Source of the DNA: a bacterium
GTDB lineage: Bacteria > Bacillota > Clostridia > Oscillospirales > Butyricicoccaceae
Direction: 5' to 3'
Length of the DNA: 64,000 bases
Assembly: GCA_963601915.1 (NCBI GenBank)
Contig: CAVCGL010000001.1
Coordinates: 60,649-124,648 of the forward strand
Shown: piece after piece, positions 1-10,211 of the stretch
How the letters are laid out: the number at the start of each line of letters is the position of its first letter
How positions within the stretch are numbered: the first letter of the stretch is position 1
Notes under the pieces: generated by a model
Databases searched by the model: none
What the model was told of the DNA's origin: nothing
Seen by the model: only the letters and a program-made list of their open reading frames with translations
Program-made: the position numbers and the translations under genes

Positions 1-598
1 GTTATCCAGTCTGCTGTACGCGGCGGGAGCGGTACTCATTCCGGTTGTGATTACCGGCGGCATCCATCTGGATGGCTTTGTCGATACCTGTGACGCGCTG
101 TGCTCGTATGGCGATAAAGAGAAGCGATTGGAAATTTTGAAAGATCCGCATGTCGGTGCCTTTGCCATTTTATGGATTGGTGTGCTGCTGGTCGCTCAGC
201 TCGGTATGTTCGCGCAGGTGTATGAGACACCGGCGAGTGCCAAGCTGTTTCTGGTCGGCTATGCAGGTGCCCGAGCCTTGGGCGGCGGCATGATTGTCAC
301 ACAAACATGCGCCAAAAATTCTGGTCTCGCGCATATCTTTGCGGACAGCGCGGACAAAAAGACCGTCAGTCACGTAATGCTCGTGTGGGAGCTGGTACTG
401 GCAGTGCTGGCGATTGTGCTGGCAAAGGGGATCGGCGTGCTGGCAGTTGCCGCATATGCCGGATTTTATCTGTTTCACGTGCGGATGTGCCGCCGAAATT
501 TTGGCGGTATTACCGGCGATTTGTGCGGCATGTGTATCACGGTGTGTGAGACGCTGATGCTGCTGTGCGCGGTGATTGGCGGCATCCTCTTGCGGTGA
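1..598 (+). CDS. cobS: Adenosylcobinamide-GDP ribazoletransferase (cobalamin synthase), 5' end cut by window edge
   Basis: Frame is open to the window edge: the codons before the listed GTG at 47 read LSSLLYAAGAVLIPV with no stop. HLDGFVDTCDA motif and multi-span hydrophobic profile are typical of CobS. First gene of a cob cluster. Confidence 0.85.
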   Translation, partial: LSSLLYAAGAVLIPVVITGGIHLDGFVDTCDALCSYGDKEKRLEILKDPHVGAFAILWIGVLLVAQLGMFAQVYETPASAKLFLVGYAGARALGGGMIVTQTCAKNSGLAHIFADSADKKTVSHVMLVWELVLAVLAIVLAKGIGVLAVAAYAGFYLFHVRMCRRNFGGITGDLCGMCITVCETLMLLCAVIGGILLR

Positions 599-612
599 GA
601 AAGGAAAGTAGC

Positions 613-936
613 ATGACAATACTCATTATCGGCGGTGCGGCGCAGGGAAAGACAGCCTTTGCGCGCACGCTGTCGCCGGAACAAGACATCATAGACGATT
701 TGCATGTGCGCGTACAGCAGGCGCTGCGTGACAAGACACAGCTGCCAAAGGCGGCGGATTTTGTGGGCAAAACCATTGTGTGCAATGAGGTTGGCGGCGG
801 AGTCGTTCCGATGGATGCGTTGGAACGCGAATGGCGCGAATGCACTGGCAGACTGTGCTGCGACATTGCGGCGCAGGCAGACCGCGTGTACCGCGTGTAC
901 TGCGGCATCGCCACCTGTATCAAGGGGGCATCATGA
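613..936 (+). CDS. cobU: Very short (107 aa) CobU/CobP-like adenosylcobinamide kinase/guanylyltransferase homologue
   Basis: ATG 613 is preceded by AAGGAAAG. N-terminal P-loop IIGGAAQGKT and C-terminal CNEVGGGVVP...GRLCCDIAAQADRVYRVYCGI match the two ends of CobU. ATGA overlap with the next gene. The central part of the family is missing (see findings). Confidence 0.7.
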   Translation: MTILIIGGAAQGKTAFARTLSPEQDIIDDLHVRVQQALRDKTQLPKAADFVGKTIVCNEVGGGVVPMDALEREWRECTGRLCCDIAAQADRVYRVYCGIATCIKGAS

Positions 937-1904
937 GCGTAGCGGCAGCCGTTTTTTTCGGCTTTTTACTCGATTGTGTGCTCGGCGATCCGGAACGGCT
1001 GTGGCATCCGATTATGGGCATTGGCTCCATGATTTCGTTTTGGAAAAAGCGTCTGCGGACATGGTTTTCGGACAGCAGCCGCGGACAGGTTTGGGCGGGC
1101 GCCCTGCTGTGGTTTGTCGTTGTGATTCCGTCTTGGCTGATTCCGGCGGCAATTTTGCATCTGGCGGGATGGCTGCATCCGGCACTGGCGTTTATCATCG
1201 AGACATTGTTCTGCTGGCAGATTTTCGCGGCGAAATCGCTCAAGCAGGCAGCGCTGCGCGTCTATCGCGCCCTGCGCAAAGGCGATTTGCAGGAAGCACG
1301 AAAGTACGTCTCATGGATTGTCGGACGGGATACCGCACATTTGGATGCGGCGCAGGTGACGAAAGCGACGGTGGAAACCGTTGCGGAAAATACCAGTGAC
1401 GGTGTGATTGCGCCGCTTGTTTTTTTGCTCATCGGCGGCGCACCTCTCGGCTTTGCCTACAAAGCGGTCAACACGCTGGACTCAATGGTGGGCTACAAAA
1501 ACGAGGAGTTTTTATATTTTGGCCGCTTTTCCGCCAAGATGGATGACGTTTGGAATTTTATCCCGGCGCGTCTGAGCGGACTGCTATTTGTGCTGTGCGC
1601 AAAACCGGCGGGATTGGATGCAAGCGGCGCATGGAAGTGTTTTCGGCGCGACCGCTTACAGCACGCCAGCCCGAATTCAGCACAGACGGAATCGGCGTGC
1701 GCCGGTGCACTCGGTGTACAGCTCGCGGGAAACGCCTATTATTTTGGAAAACTGTATGAGAAACCGACGCTGGGCGATGCCAAGCGCCCGATTGAAGCGG
1801 AGGACATTGTGCGCACCAATCGCCTGATGTATTGGGCGTCGGCGGCTGCCGTGTGCGTGCTGTGCGCGGTTCGATGGATCATCGGTTGGAAACTGGGGTG
1901 GTAA
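933..1904 (+). CDS. cbiB: Adenosylcobinamide-phosphate synthase (CbiB/CobD family membrane protein)
   Basis: ATG 933 overlaps the cobU stop. LDCVLGDPERLWHPIMGIG start and membrane profile are characteristic of CbiB. Lies in the cob operon. Confidence 0.9.
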   Translation: MSVAAAVFFGFLLDCVLGDPERLWHPIMGIGSMISFWKKRLRTWFSDSSRGQVWAGALLWFVVVIPSWLIPAAILHLAGWLHPALAFIIETLFCWQIFAAKSLKQAALRVYRALRKGDLQEARKYVSWIVGRDTAHLDAAQVTKATVETVAENTSDGVIAPLVFLLIGGAPLGFAYKAVNTLDSMVGYKNEEFLYFGRFSAKMDDVWNFIPARLSGLLFVLCAKPAGLDASGAWKCFRRDRLQHASPNSAQTESACAGALGVQLAGNAYYFGKLYEKPTLGDAKRPIEAEDIVRTNRLMYWASAAAVCVLCAVRWIIGWKLGW

Positions 1905-1905
1905 T

Positions 1906-2970
1906 ATGAAGCACATACACGGCGGTGACATTTACGCCGAGACATGGAACGAAGAGCCACTAGACTTTTCGGCCAATATCAATCCGTTCGGTATGCCGGA
2001 CAGCGTGCGCGAGGCGGCACAGCAGGCGATTTCCGGTTGTCTTCACTATCCGGATCCGTTTTGCCGCGCCCTGCGGCAGACTGTTGCACAGCGCGATGCG
2101 GTGACAGCGGAACAGATTTTTTGCGGCAACGGTGCCGCCGATGTGCTGTACCGCCTGATGCTGACGCTTCGGCCAAAGAAGATTTTGCTTCCTGCGCCGA
2201 CCTTTGCGGAATATGAGGAAGCGGCACAGCTCGTGGGCAGTGAGATCGTGCGATTTCCACTGGGGAAAGATTTGACGGTTACAGAGGCGTTTTGGAACGC
2301 CGTCACACCGGACATGGATCTGGTTGTGCTGTGCAATCCCAACAATCCCACGGGTTTGCTCACGCCAAAATGGCTGGTAAAGAAAGGAATGGAACGCTGC
2401 GCCGAGGTCGGCGCACGGCTGCTTGTCGATGAGTGCTTCCATGATTTTCTTTGCGAGCCGGAAGACAGCAGCATGACGGATCAGCTCCGCGACAACCACC
2501 ATTTGATTTTGCTGCGGTCGTTTACCAAGATGTATGCAATGCCGGGCATTCGATTGGGCTATTGCCTGTCGGCGGATCAAGAGCTGATCGGGCAGCTGTA
2601 TGAAGCTGGTGCACCGTGGTCGGTGTCCGTCATTGCGCAGGCGTGCGGCATGGCGGCGGCTCAGGACGTGGATTTTCCGCAAAAAACACGCGAGTATGTC
2701 GCGCGACAGCGAGAGACGCTCAAACGCGGTTTGGAAGAGTTGGGCATGTACGTCGTAGATGGACAAGTGAATTATTTGCTGTTTCGCAGCACAGAGATGC
2801 CGGATTTGCAGCGGCGGCTGCATGACCACGGCATTTTGATCCGTTCGTGTGCCAATTATCACGGATTGGATGACACGTGGTTTCGCGTTGCCGTGCGCAG
2901 CGAAGCGGAAAATTTTGTTCTGCTGCATACCTTGCGGCAGCTAAAGGAGGAATCGGCATGGCAAAGGTAA
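1906..2970 (+). CDS. cobD: L-threonine-O-3-phosphate decarboxylase (aminotransferase class I/II fold)
   Basis: HGGDIY...[10 protein letters not shown]-terminus, NPNNPTG and [15 protein letters not shown] (PLP-lysine context). Starts 2 nt after the cbiB stop, in the cob operon. Confidence 0.8.
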   Translation: MKHIHGGDIYAETWNEEPLDFSANINPFGMPDSVREAAQQAISGCLHYPDPFCRALRQTVAQRDAVTAEQIFCGNGAADVLYRLMLTLRPKKILLPAPTFAEYEEAAQLVGSEIVRFPLGKDLTVTEAFWNAVTPDMDLVVLCNPNNPTGLLTPKWLVKKGMERCAEVGARLLVDECFHDFLCEPEDSSMTDQLRDNHHLILLRSFTKMYAMPGIRLGYCLSADQELIGQLYEAGAPWSVSVIAQACGMAAAQDVDFPQKTREYVARQRETLKRGLEELGMYVVDGQVNYLLFRSTEMPDLQRRLHDHGILIRSCANYHGLDDTWFRVAVRSEAENFVLLHTLRQLKEESAWQR

Positions 2971-4460
2971 TTATGGTACAGGGTACCACGTCCAATGCGG
3001 GCAAGAGTCTGACGGTTGCGGCATTGTGCCGCATTTTCCGACAGGACGGACTCAAGGCGGCGCCGTTTAAGTCGCAAAACATGGCGCTCAATTCGTTTAT
3101 CACAGCGGATGGCGCGGAAATGGGACGCGCGCAGGTCATGCAGGCGGAAGCCGCAGGCATTGAGCCGGATGTACGCATGAATCCGATTTTGCTCAAGCCG
3201 ACCAGCGACTGCGGCTCGCAGATTATTGTCAACGGCGTGGCGCGCGGCACGATGGCGGCAAAGGATTATTATCCGTATAAAAAACAGCTGATTCCGGATA
3301 TTTTACAGGCATACAACAGCTTGGCAGAGGAATATGATGTCATTGTCATCGAAGGTGCTGGCTCTCCGGCAGAAATCAACCTGCGTGAAAATGATATTGT
3401 GAATATGGGCATGGCAGAAATGGTGGATGCGCCGGTTTTGCTTGTCGGAGACATTGACCGAGGCGGTGTGTTCGCTTCGCTGTATGGCACGGTTGCACTG
3501 CTGCAGCCGGAGGAACAAAAGCGCATCAAGGGCTTGATTATCAACAAGTTCCGCGGCGATGTAGAGATTCTCAAGCCGGGACTGGATATGATGCAGGACA
3601 AGCTGCCGATTCCGTTTGTCGGTGTGATTCCGTACCTGCATTTGGATATTGACGATGAGGACAGCCTGTCTGAACGGCTGCAATCCAAACAGACTCCGGC
3701 TGTGTTGGATATTGCCGTGATTCGCCTGCCGCGCATCTCGAATTTTACGGATTTCGCGCCGCTAGAACGGATGCCGGGTGTGTCTGTGCGCTATATCACG
3801 CGAACGACGGAACTCAAGCAGCCGGATTTACTTTTGCTGCCGGGCAGCAAAAATACGATGGAAGATCTCAAATGGATGCGGCAAAATGGATTGGAAGCGG
3901 CGGTCAAGAAATATGCAGCTTCCGGTATGCCAGTGTTTGGCATCTGCGGCGGCTATCAGATGATGGGTCTGACGCTTGCCGACCCCGAACATGTCGAGGC
4001 GGGCGGCACGATGGAGGGCATAGGACTGCTGCCCGTGCACACGACATTTTGCGCCAAGAAAACCACCACGCAGGTACACGGCACAATAGGACATCTCACT
4101 GGAATTTTTGCCGGATTGACCGGCGTGCATATGGATGGCTATGAGATTCACATGGGTGATACGACCTATGAGCCGGATGCGGATAATTTCTCTGAGATCC
4201 AGCGCAATGGCCGACCGGTGATAGACGGCGCACAGTGCGGCAGCTGTTACGGCACGTATGTGCATGGCATTTTTGACCGCGAGGAGGTCAGCCGCAAGCT
4301 GATTACTGCGCTGCTCGAAAGCAAGGGCTTGTCCGCGGAGGATGTACAGGCATTTGATGCCGAGACATACAAACAGCAGCAATATGACCTGCTTGCGGAT
4401 GCCGTGCGTGAAGCCTTGGACATGGATGCCATTTATCGCATTCTCAATCGGGAGGTGTGA
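2958..4460 (+). CDS. cobQ: Cobyric acid synthase
   Basis: AAGGAGG RBS followed by ATG 2958. [10 protein letters not shown]-loop and C-terminal glutamine amidotransferase domain ([17 protein letters not shown]). Confidence 0.92.
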   Translation: MAKVIMVQGTTSNAGKSLTVAALCRIFRQDGLKAAPFKSQNMALNSFITADGAEMGRAQVMQAEAAGIEPDVRMNPILLKPTSDCGSQIIVNGVARGTMAAKDYYPYKKQLIPDILQAYNSLAEEYDVIVIEGAGSPAEINLRENDIVNMGMAEMVDAPVLLVGDIDRGGVFASLYGTVALLQPEEQKRIKGLIINKFRGDVEILKPGLDMMQDKLPIPFVGVIPYLHLDIDDEDSLSERLQSKQTPAVLDIAVIRLPRISNFTDFAPLERMPGVSVRYITRTTELKQPDLLLLPGSKNTMEDLKWMRQNGLEAAVKKYAASGMPVFGICGGYQMMGLTLADPEHVEAGGTMEGIGLLPVHTTFCAKKTTTQVHGTIGHLTGIFAGLTGVHMDGYEIHMGDTTYEPDADNFSEIQRNGRPVIDGAQCGSCYGTYVHGIFDREEVSRKLITALLESKGLSAEDVQAFDAETYKQQQYDLLADAVREALDMDAIYRILNREV

Positions 4461-4461
4461 A

Positions 4462-4983
4462 ATGGAGCGCGGTCTCATTCACATTTACTGCGGAGATGGC
4501 AAGGGAAAAACGACCTGTGCGTTTGGTCTCGCGCTGCGCTGTGCAGGTGTCGGAGAACAGGTGCGCATTGCCCAGTTTCTCAAGGGCGGCGACAGCGGCG
4601 AAGTGACTGCTATGCAGACATTTTCCAATGTCGAGCTTCTTCGCGCCAAGCAGGGAACTAAGTTTACCTTTCAGATGAACGCAGAGGAAAAAGCACAGGC
4701 GAAGCGCGACCACACGAAATTGCTGCGGCAAGCGTTTGCCGATGCCCAACATCTGCGGATGCTGGTGCTGGATGAAATCATGGCGGCGTGCACGACCGGC
4801 ATGGTGGAGGTAGACGAGTTGGTGTCGTTGATACAAGCCCGTCCGCCGGAGTTGGAGCTTGTCATGACCGGACGCAATCCGCCGCAGGAGCTGCTGGATT
4901 TGGCGGATTATATCACAGAGATGAAAAAAATACGGCATCCGTATGACAAGGGGATTGCGGCGCGCCGTGGAATTGAGCGATAG
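4462..4983 (+). CDS. cobO: Cob(I)yrinic acid a,c-diamide (corrinoid) adenosyltransferase, CobA/BtuR/CobO type
   Basis: GGAGG RBS and ATG 4462, 2 nt after the cobQ stop. YCGDGKGKTT P-loop, VLDE, TGRN and KKIRHPYDKGIAARRGIE. Confidence 0.85.
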   Translation: MERGLIHIYCGDGKGKTTCAFGLALRCAGVGEQVRIAQFLKGGDSGEVTAMQTFSNVELLRAKQGTKFTFQMNAEEKAQAKRDHTKLLRQAFADAQHLRMLVLDEIMAACTTGMVEVDELVSLIQARPPELELVMTGRNPPQELLDLADYITEMKKIRHPYDKGIAARRGIER

Positions 4984-4996
4984 GAGAGAGCGACAG

Positions 4997-5635
4997 ATGG
5001 ATTTTGAAATTATCAAACCGGCAGAGATTGAAAAGCGCAGCTTTGCTATCATCACAGAAGAGCTGGGTGACCGCGTTTTTCCGGAAGAGATTGGCTTGGT
5101 TGTCAAGCGTGTCATTCATACCTCAGCGGATTTTGATTACGCAGACAATCTGGTCTTTTCGGAGGGCGTGGTGCCGCACGCGCTGGAAGCCATTCGGCGC
5201 GGCGCACACATCGTCACGGATACCAATATGGTCAAGGCGGGCATCAACAAAAAGACACTGGCCAAATTCGGCGGCGAGGTACATTGCTTTGTCGCGGATC
5301 CGGATGTTGCGGAAGAGGCGAAAAAACGTGGCGTGACGCGCTCCACGGTCTCGATGGAACGCGCCGCCCAATTGGATGTACCGGTGATTTTTGCTATCGG
5401 CAATGCGCCGACGGCACTGATTGAGCTGGATCGTCTGATGAGAGAGCAGAAGCTACAGCCGGAGCTGATTATCGGCGTGCCGGTTGGCTTCGTCAATGTC
5501 GTGGAGTCGAAGGAACTGATTCTTCGCTCTTCCGCGCCGCATATCGTCGCGCGCGGCCGCAAGGGCGGCAGCAATGTTGCGGCGGCGATTGTTAATGCGC
5601 TGCTGTATCAGCTCGTGCATCGAGAAGGCTTTTGA
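4997..5635 (+). CDS. cbiC: Precorrin-8X / cobalt-precorrin-8 methylmutase
   Basis: ATG 4997. KRVIHTSADFDY, FAIGNAPTAL and ARGRKGGSNVAAAIVNAL motifs of CbiC/CobH. Confidence 0.9.
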   Translation: MDFEIIKPAEIEKRSFAIITEELGDRVFPEEIGLVVKRVIHTSADFDYADNLVFSEGVVPHALEAIRRGAHIVTDTNMVKAGINKKTLAKFGGEVHCFVADPDVAEEAKKRGVTRSTVSMERAAQLDVPVIFAIGNAPTALIELDRLMREQKLQPELIIGVPVGFVNVVESKELILRSSAPHIVARGRKGGSNVAAAIVNALLYQLVHREGF

Positions 5636-5637
5636 GT

Positions 5638-5895
5638 CTATAGGCCGATGAGCAGGAAAATGCCTGCGAGCAGCAGCAAGTCGTGATCGATGCCGTCCTC
5701 GTCTTTGAGAAGAAAGTATAAAATAAGCAAAACGAGAAGGGTGTCTTGCTCGAACAAACGGCTCAGACCGCCCTCTTTGCCAAATAGATTTCCCAGAGAG
5801 GAAAAAATGCTGCCGGATTCCTGCTGCTTGGGCGGCGGACACGGCGGTGGCGGAGGAGGCGGCGGGCAGGCAGCTTGCAAATATTTGTTGTACAT
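5638..5895 (-). CDS. Hypothetical small protein with polyproline run and hydrophobic C-terminal segments
   Basis: ATG 5895 with AAAGGAGA RBS; 85 aa. Contains CPPPPPPPPCPPP, then LLVLLILYFLL and LLLLAGIFLLIGL. Last of three tightly packed small ORFs. No family recognised. Confidence 0.55.
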   Translation of the reverse strand: MYNKYLQAACPPPPPPPPCPPPKQQESGSIFSSLGNLFGKEGGLSRLFEQDTLLVLLILYFLLKDEDGIDHDLLLLAGIFLLIGL

Positions 5896-5898
5896 ATC

Positions 5899-6204
5899 TT
5901 AGATCTCCTTTGTGTGGCCGTCCGGCGGAAGAAACTGCCGGGCGGCTGTTTTTGCCATTCGAGCCATGGAGAGGATGCGTTCGGCGTGGGCAATCTGCGC
6001 GCAGGTTTCCTCAGATAGAAACGGACGCAGAGCATGTAATAATTCCGTGCGGGATGCATTGGCACGGCGCGGCGGTGCGGCATCCTCTGTGGATGGAGCC
6101 GATGGGGCAGAGGTGCCATGCATCAGCTCCGCTGCCATGCCGGACAGCTTCTGCATGGCGTCGGGATCTTGAAACAGATTGGATAACAGGTCAGCGGGTT
6201 CCAA
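5899..6204 (-). CDS. Hypothetical small protein (Ala/Pro-rich centre)
   Basis: TTG start 6 nt after the upstream stop (an alternative ATG lies at 6156). Its stop is 3 nt before the next RBS/ATG. 101 aa with no TM segment. No family recognised. Confidence 0.5.
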   Translation of the reverse strand: MEPADLLSNLFQDPDAMQKLSGMAAELMHGTSAPSAPSTEDAAPPRRANASRTELLHALRPFLSEETCAQIAHAERILSMARMAKTAARQFLPPDGHTKEI

Positions 6205-6210
6205 GCGGCG

Positions 6211-6486
6211 TCACCGTCCCATCAGGCGGGCGATTTGCTGGGCGAGCTGCGCGCCTTCTGGCGTCTGCATCGTGCGCTGAATGATTTGCTTGGCACCTTC
6301 TGTGTCGCCCGCCTGCATGCGCTGCATGGCCTGCTCCAAGCTGGCACCATGCTGCTTGAGAATCGTCTGCGCGGCGCGTTGGTTTTGCGGTGCCTGCATG
6401 TTTGCTTTGAGACGGGCGGCCGCTGCGGCATCGCCGGATTGCTGAGAAAATTGCCGAAGCAAAGCCTCCATATCTTTCTGCTGCAT
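6211..6486 (-). CDS. Hypothetical small Gln/Ala-rich protein
   Basis: ATG 6486 preceded by AGGAGG. 91 aa, predicted helical and Q/A-rich. First gene of the three-ORF unit. Confidence 0.55.
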   Translation of the reverse strand: MQQKDMEALLRQFSQQSGDAAAAARLKANMQAPQNQRAAQTILKQHGASLEQAMQRMQAGDTEGAKQIIQRTMQTPEGAQLAQQIARLMGR

Positions 6487-6548
6487 AAAAATACCTCCTG
6501 CTGGATTGGGTTCAATGTAGTATACGCACGAGCAGGTGGAATTGTTCT

Positions 6549-6577
6549 TTGACTTTCTGGAAAAAATAGTGTATAGT
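6549..6577 (+). promoter_or_regulatory. Sigma-A type promoter TTGACT-17-TATAGT
   Basis: Hexamers at 6549-6554 and 6572-6577 with a 17-nt spacer, about 37 nt upstream of ATG 6614. Confidence 0.55.
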
Positions 6578-6613
6578 CATGAAAGATACTATCAGGCTAC
6601 GGGGGAACGAAAG

Positions 6614-7123
6614 ATGAAATTGCTCGTATTTTCCGATTCACATCGTGCCAATATCACGGACATGCTCGCTCTGATCGACGAAGAAAAGCCGGATGCGGTT
6701 GCGCATCTGGGGGATCTGGTGAGCGATGTGGAAGACATCCATTTTGTATATCCGGAGCTGCCCGTGTACAACGTACGCGGCAACAACGATTGGGGAGACG
6801 ATGAGACGCCGAACAGCATGGTTGTCCCGGTGGAACACGTGAGATTGTTCTTGACACACGGACACTTGTACGGTGTGCGGCGCGATACCAAACGGCTTGT
6901 CGAGGCGGCGCGAGCGGAAAACTGTCAGGTTGCTCTGTACGGACACACGCATCGGGCGGAAGTCCATCAAGAGGACGGCGTTCTCGTGGCAAATCCGGGC
7001 AGCATCAGTATGCCCTACACGGCGCAGCCGCCGTCTTATTTGCGGCTCACGATTCAGGGCGACGCGATGGAATCCGAGCTGATTTATTTGAAAAATACAA
7101 AGAAGAAACGGCTCTGGCTCTGA
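6614..7123 (+). CDS. YfcE/MJ0936-family metallophosphoesterase
   Basis: GGGGGAA RBS and ATG 6614. Motifs FSDSH, HLGD, RGNNDW, THGH, GHTH and ANPGS. Confidence 0.85.
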   Translation: MKLLVFSDSHRANITDMLALIDEEKPDAVAHLGDLVSDVEDIHFVYPELPVYNVRGNNDWGDDETPNSMVVPVEHVRLFLTHGHLYGVRRDTKRLVEAARAENCQVALYGHTHRAEVHQEDGVLVANPGSISMPYTAQPPSYLRLTIQGDAMESELIYLKNTKKKRLWL

Positions 7124-7158
7124 GCGCGGGAACCGTTAGGAAAGAAGAGGAATGAAAT

Positions 7159-7995
7159 ATGTTATTGGCGATTGACGTAGGCAATACCAATACGGTTTTT
7201 GGCATTTATAAGGACAAAGAACTGATCGGCAGCTTCCGTCTGTCCACGACGGCAGAGCGCACATCGGATGAAATCGGTATGCAGATTCACATGTATTATT
7301 CGTTCTTGGGCTTGCAGACCAAGGACACCAAGGCGGTTATCGTGGCATCGGTTGTGCCGCCGGTCATGTATACGCTCATCAATGCGATTCGCAAATACAT
7401 CGGCGTGCGCCCGATGATTGTCGGCAAAGACGTAGATACCGGTCTGGTCAACCGATACGACAATCCGCGTGAGGTCGGCATTGATCGTCTGGTCAATGCG
7501 GTCTCTGCCATTCAGAAATACGGTGCGCCGCTTATCATCATTGATATTGGCACAGCGACAACCTTTGATGTCATTGATGAGACCGGCGCGTACTGCGGCG
7601 GCGCCATCTTCCCGGGCATCAAGGTTGCCATGGAAGCTCTGTTCCAGAAGGCCTCGAAGCTGCCGCGCGTGGACATTGTGCGGCCGGAAAAGGCAATCGG
7701 CACGAATACAGTCATGAGTATGCAGTCGGGCGCTGTGCGTGGCTATGCCGGTGCGATTCAGGGCATTGTGCATGAGATGAAGGCGGAGATCAACGGCAAT
7801 TGCCGTGTTGTTGCAACCGGCGGCATGGGCCGCATGATGGCAGAATATTGTGACACCATTACGGACGTGGACGCCAATTTGACGCTGACCGGTCTGCGCA
7901 TGATTTATGAGGCAAACAAGGAAAAATTTGATGCGCTCGAACCGATTGGCCCGCTGGTTGTCTCAGTAGAAGAAGAGCTGGACACCCAGATGTGA
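7159..7995 (+). CDS. coaX: Type III pantothenate kinase
   Basis: LLAIDVGNTNTVFG start, IIIDIGTATTFD and VATGG motifs of CoaX. Confidence 0.92.
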   Translation: MLLAIDVGNTNTVFGIYKDKELIGSFRLSTTAERTSDEIGMQIHMYYSFLGLQTKDTKAVIVASVVPPVMYTLINAIRKYIGVRPMIVGKDVDTGLVNRYDNPREVGIDRLVNAVSAIQKYGAPLIIIDIGTATTFDVIDETGAYCGGAIFPGIKVAMEALFQKASKLPRVDIVRPEKAIGTNTVMSMQSGAVRGYAGAIQGIVHEMKAEINGNCRVVATGGMGRMMAEYCDTITDVDANLTLTGLRMIYEANKEKFDALEPIGPLVVSVEEELDTQM

Positions 7996-8005
7996 GTACA
8001 TAGAC

Positions 8006-8039
8006 AAAAAGAGGATTGGCGTCAGCCAATCCTCTTTTT
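8006..8039. terminator. Bidirectional rho-independent terminator between coaX and nth
   Basis: AAAAAGAGGATTGGC-GTCA-GCCAATCCTCTTTTT, with a perfect stem flanked by an A-run and a T-run. Confidence 0.85.
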
Positions 8040-8044
8040 GTTGG

Positions 8045-8683
8045 TTATTGCTCGCTGCCGGTTTTGCAGATGTCTTTGAGACAGCAGCGCTCGCAGTACG
8101 GCTTGCGCGCGGTGCAGACTTCTCTGCCGTGCAGCACGAGCCGATGACAGAAATCGCTGGATTTTTCCGGCGGAATGAGCGGCCGCAGTGCCTTTTCCAC
8201 CTTTGCCGGTTCTTTGATGCCGTCAACCAATCCGATGCGATTGGCGAGACGGATGCAATGCGTGTCCGTGACAATGGCGGGCTGATGGTATAAATCGCCG
8301 AGAATCAGATTGGCGGTCTTGCGTCCGACGCCCGGAATCTTGAGCAGCTCCTTCATCGTGCCGGGCACTTTGCCGTTATGTACTTCCAGCAGATAGACGG
8401 CGGCGGCGTGAATATCCCGCGCTTTGGAATTGCCGAGTCCGCACGGGCGGATGATTTGTTCAATCTCGCCCTCCGTTGCGAGGGCAAAGGATTCCAGTGT
8501 TGGAAATTTGGCGTATAAATCCTTGGTGATGATGTTTACGCGCTTATCTGTACATTGAGCCGACAGACGAGTGGCGAATAACAGTTCATAGTCCTTGGTA
8601 TATTGCAGCGCACAGATGGCATCAGGATACTCCTGCTCCAAGCGCTCTACAGCGGCGAGCGCGCGCTGTTCTGGTGTCAGCAT
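8045..8683 (-). CDS. nth: Endonuclease III
   Basis: HhH-GPD pattern (LLKIPGVGRKTANLILGD, VTDTHCIRL) and a C-terminal FeS Cys cluster (CTARKPYCERCCLKDIC). Confidence 0.92.
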   Translation of the reverse strand: MLTPEQRALAAVERLEQEYPDAICALQYTKDYELLFATRLSAQCTDKRVNIITKDLYAKFPTLESFALATEGEIEQIIRPCGLGNSKARDIHAAAVYLLEVHNGKVPGTMKELLKIPGVGRKTANLILGDLYHQPAIVTDTHCIRLANRIGLVDGIKEPAKVEKALRPLIPPEKSSDFCHRLVLHGREVCTARKPYCERCCLKDICKTGSEQ

Positions 8684-8940
8684 GAAATCAGCTCCTTTTG
8701 GTGGTTTTACGTCAAAAATTATGACGCGCTAAAGTCTCCTGTCATTATAACACAAATAATGCACAAAAATTCAGGTAAATCTTACAAATTTTGATGCAGG
8801 AAGCGGAAAAAATGAAATTCATAAAAAACTGTCTTGCAAAAGATAGGGAATCCTGCTTTAATTAGAATTAACACAAGAAAAAAACAGCTGATTGTTTGTG
8901 TAATTCATACTGTAATGTTGAACATGGAGGATTTCAGACG

Positions 8941-10197
8941 ATGGCAGAAAAACAGAGAATTGAAGAGAACATTTCTTTTATCACCAGTATGGACCCGGAA
9001 CTGGGCGAAGCAGTTCGCAAGGAGTACGACCGTCAGTGCCGCAACATTGAGCTGATCGCATCCGAGAACATTGTATCCCCGACCGTTATGGCTGCTATGG
9101 GTACTGTTTTGACCAACAAGTACGCAGAAGGTTATCCGGGCAAGCGTTACTACGGCGGTTGTGAATGTGTTGACATTGCAGAGAATCTGGCAATCGAGCG
9201 CGTATGCAAGCTGTTCGGCGCAAAGTATGCCAATGTACAGCCGCACTCCGGTGCACAGGCAAACATGGCAGTGTATCAGGCACTGTGTCAGCCGGGCGAC
9301 ACCGTTCTGGGCATGAGCCTCGACAACGGCGGTCATCTGACCCATGGCTCTCCGGCAAACCAGTCCGGTAAGCTGTACAACATTGTGGCTTACGGCGTAG
9401 ACGATGACGGTTACATCGACTACGAGGATGTTCGCCAGAAGGCACTGGAGCACAAGCCGAAGATGATTATCGCGGGCGCATCCGCTTATCCGCGTGCGAT
9501 TCATTTCGACAAGTTTGCAGAGATTGCAAAGGAAGTCGGCGCATATCTGTTCGTAGATATGGCACATATCGCCGGTCTGGTTGCAGCAGGTGAGCACCAG
9601 AATCCGATGGAGTACGCAGATGTTGTAACTACCACAACGCATAAGACCCTGCGTGGCCCGCGCGGCGGCTGCATCCTGACCAATGATGAGGCACTGGCAA
9701 AGAAGCTGAACTCTGCCATCTTCCCGGGCACCCAGGGTGGCCCGCTCATGCACATCATCGCTGCGAAGGCTGTTTGCTTCGGCGAAGCACTCAAGCCGGA
9801 ATTCAAGGAATATCAGGTACAGATTCGCAAGAACGCACAGGCTCTGGCAGAAGGTCTGACCAAGCGCGGCGTCAAGCTGGTATCCGGCGGCACTGACAAC
9901 CATCTGATGCTGGTTGATCTGCGCGGCACCGATATCACCGGTAAGGAGCTGCAGAACCGTCTGGACGCTGTATACATCACCGCAAACAAGAACACCGTAC
10001 CGAATGAGCCGCTCAGCCCGTTTGTTACCTCCGGTGTTCGTCTGGGTACACCGGCAGTTACCACTCGCGGCTTCAAGGAGCCGGAGATGGACAAGATTGC
10101 AGGCTTTATCGCTGACGCAATCTTTGATTTCGACAACAAGGCTGACGCCATTCGCGCTGGCGTTGAAGAGATCTGCAAGCAGTTCCCGCTGTACTAA
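8941..10197 (+). CDS. glyA: Serine hydroxymethyltransferase
   Basis: GGAGGA RBS and ATG 8941. [29 protein letters not shown] and [14 protein letters not shown] (PLP lysine). Confidence 0.97.
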   Translation: MAEKQRIEENISFITSMDPELGEAVRKEYDRQCRNIELIASENIVSPTVMAAMGTVLTNKYAEGYPGKRYYGGCECVDIAENLAIERVCKLFGAKYANVQPHSGAQANMAVYQALCQPGDTVLGMSLDNGGHLTHGSPANQSGKLYNIVAYGVDDDGYIDYEDVRQKALEHKPKMIIAGASAYPRAIHFDKFAEIAKEVGAYLFVDMAHIAGLVAAGEHQNPMEYADVVTTTTHKTLRGPRGGCILTNDEALAKKLNSAIFPGTQGGPLMHIIAAKAVCFGEALKPEFKEYQVQIRKNAQALAEGLTKRGVKLVSGGTDNHLMLVDLRGTDITGKELQNRLDAVYITANKNTVPNEPLSPFVTSGVRLGTPAVTTRGFKEPEMDKIAGFIADAIFDFDNKADAIRAGVEEICKQFPLY

Positions 10198-10211
10198 ACA
10201 GAAAAAACAAC

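Noticed and set aside
5690-5902. Plus-strand ORF with a GGGHGGGGGGGG run
   Set aside because: It is the antisense reading of the polyproline tract. The minus-strand ORF has a strong RBS and operon context, and this one has neither.
8684-8940. 257-bp region upstream of glyA, examined for a ZTP/THF-type riboswitch
   Set aside because: No conserved riboswitch core was recognisable. Only a plausible TTGCAA-17-TTTAAT promoter and a weak ACACAA/TTGTGT hairpin were seen.
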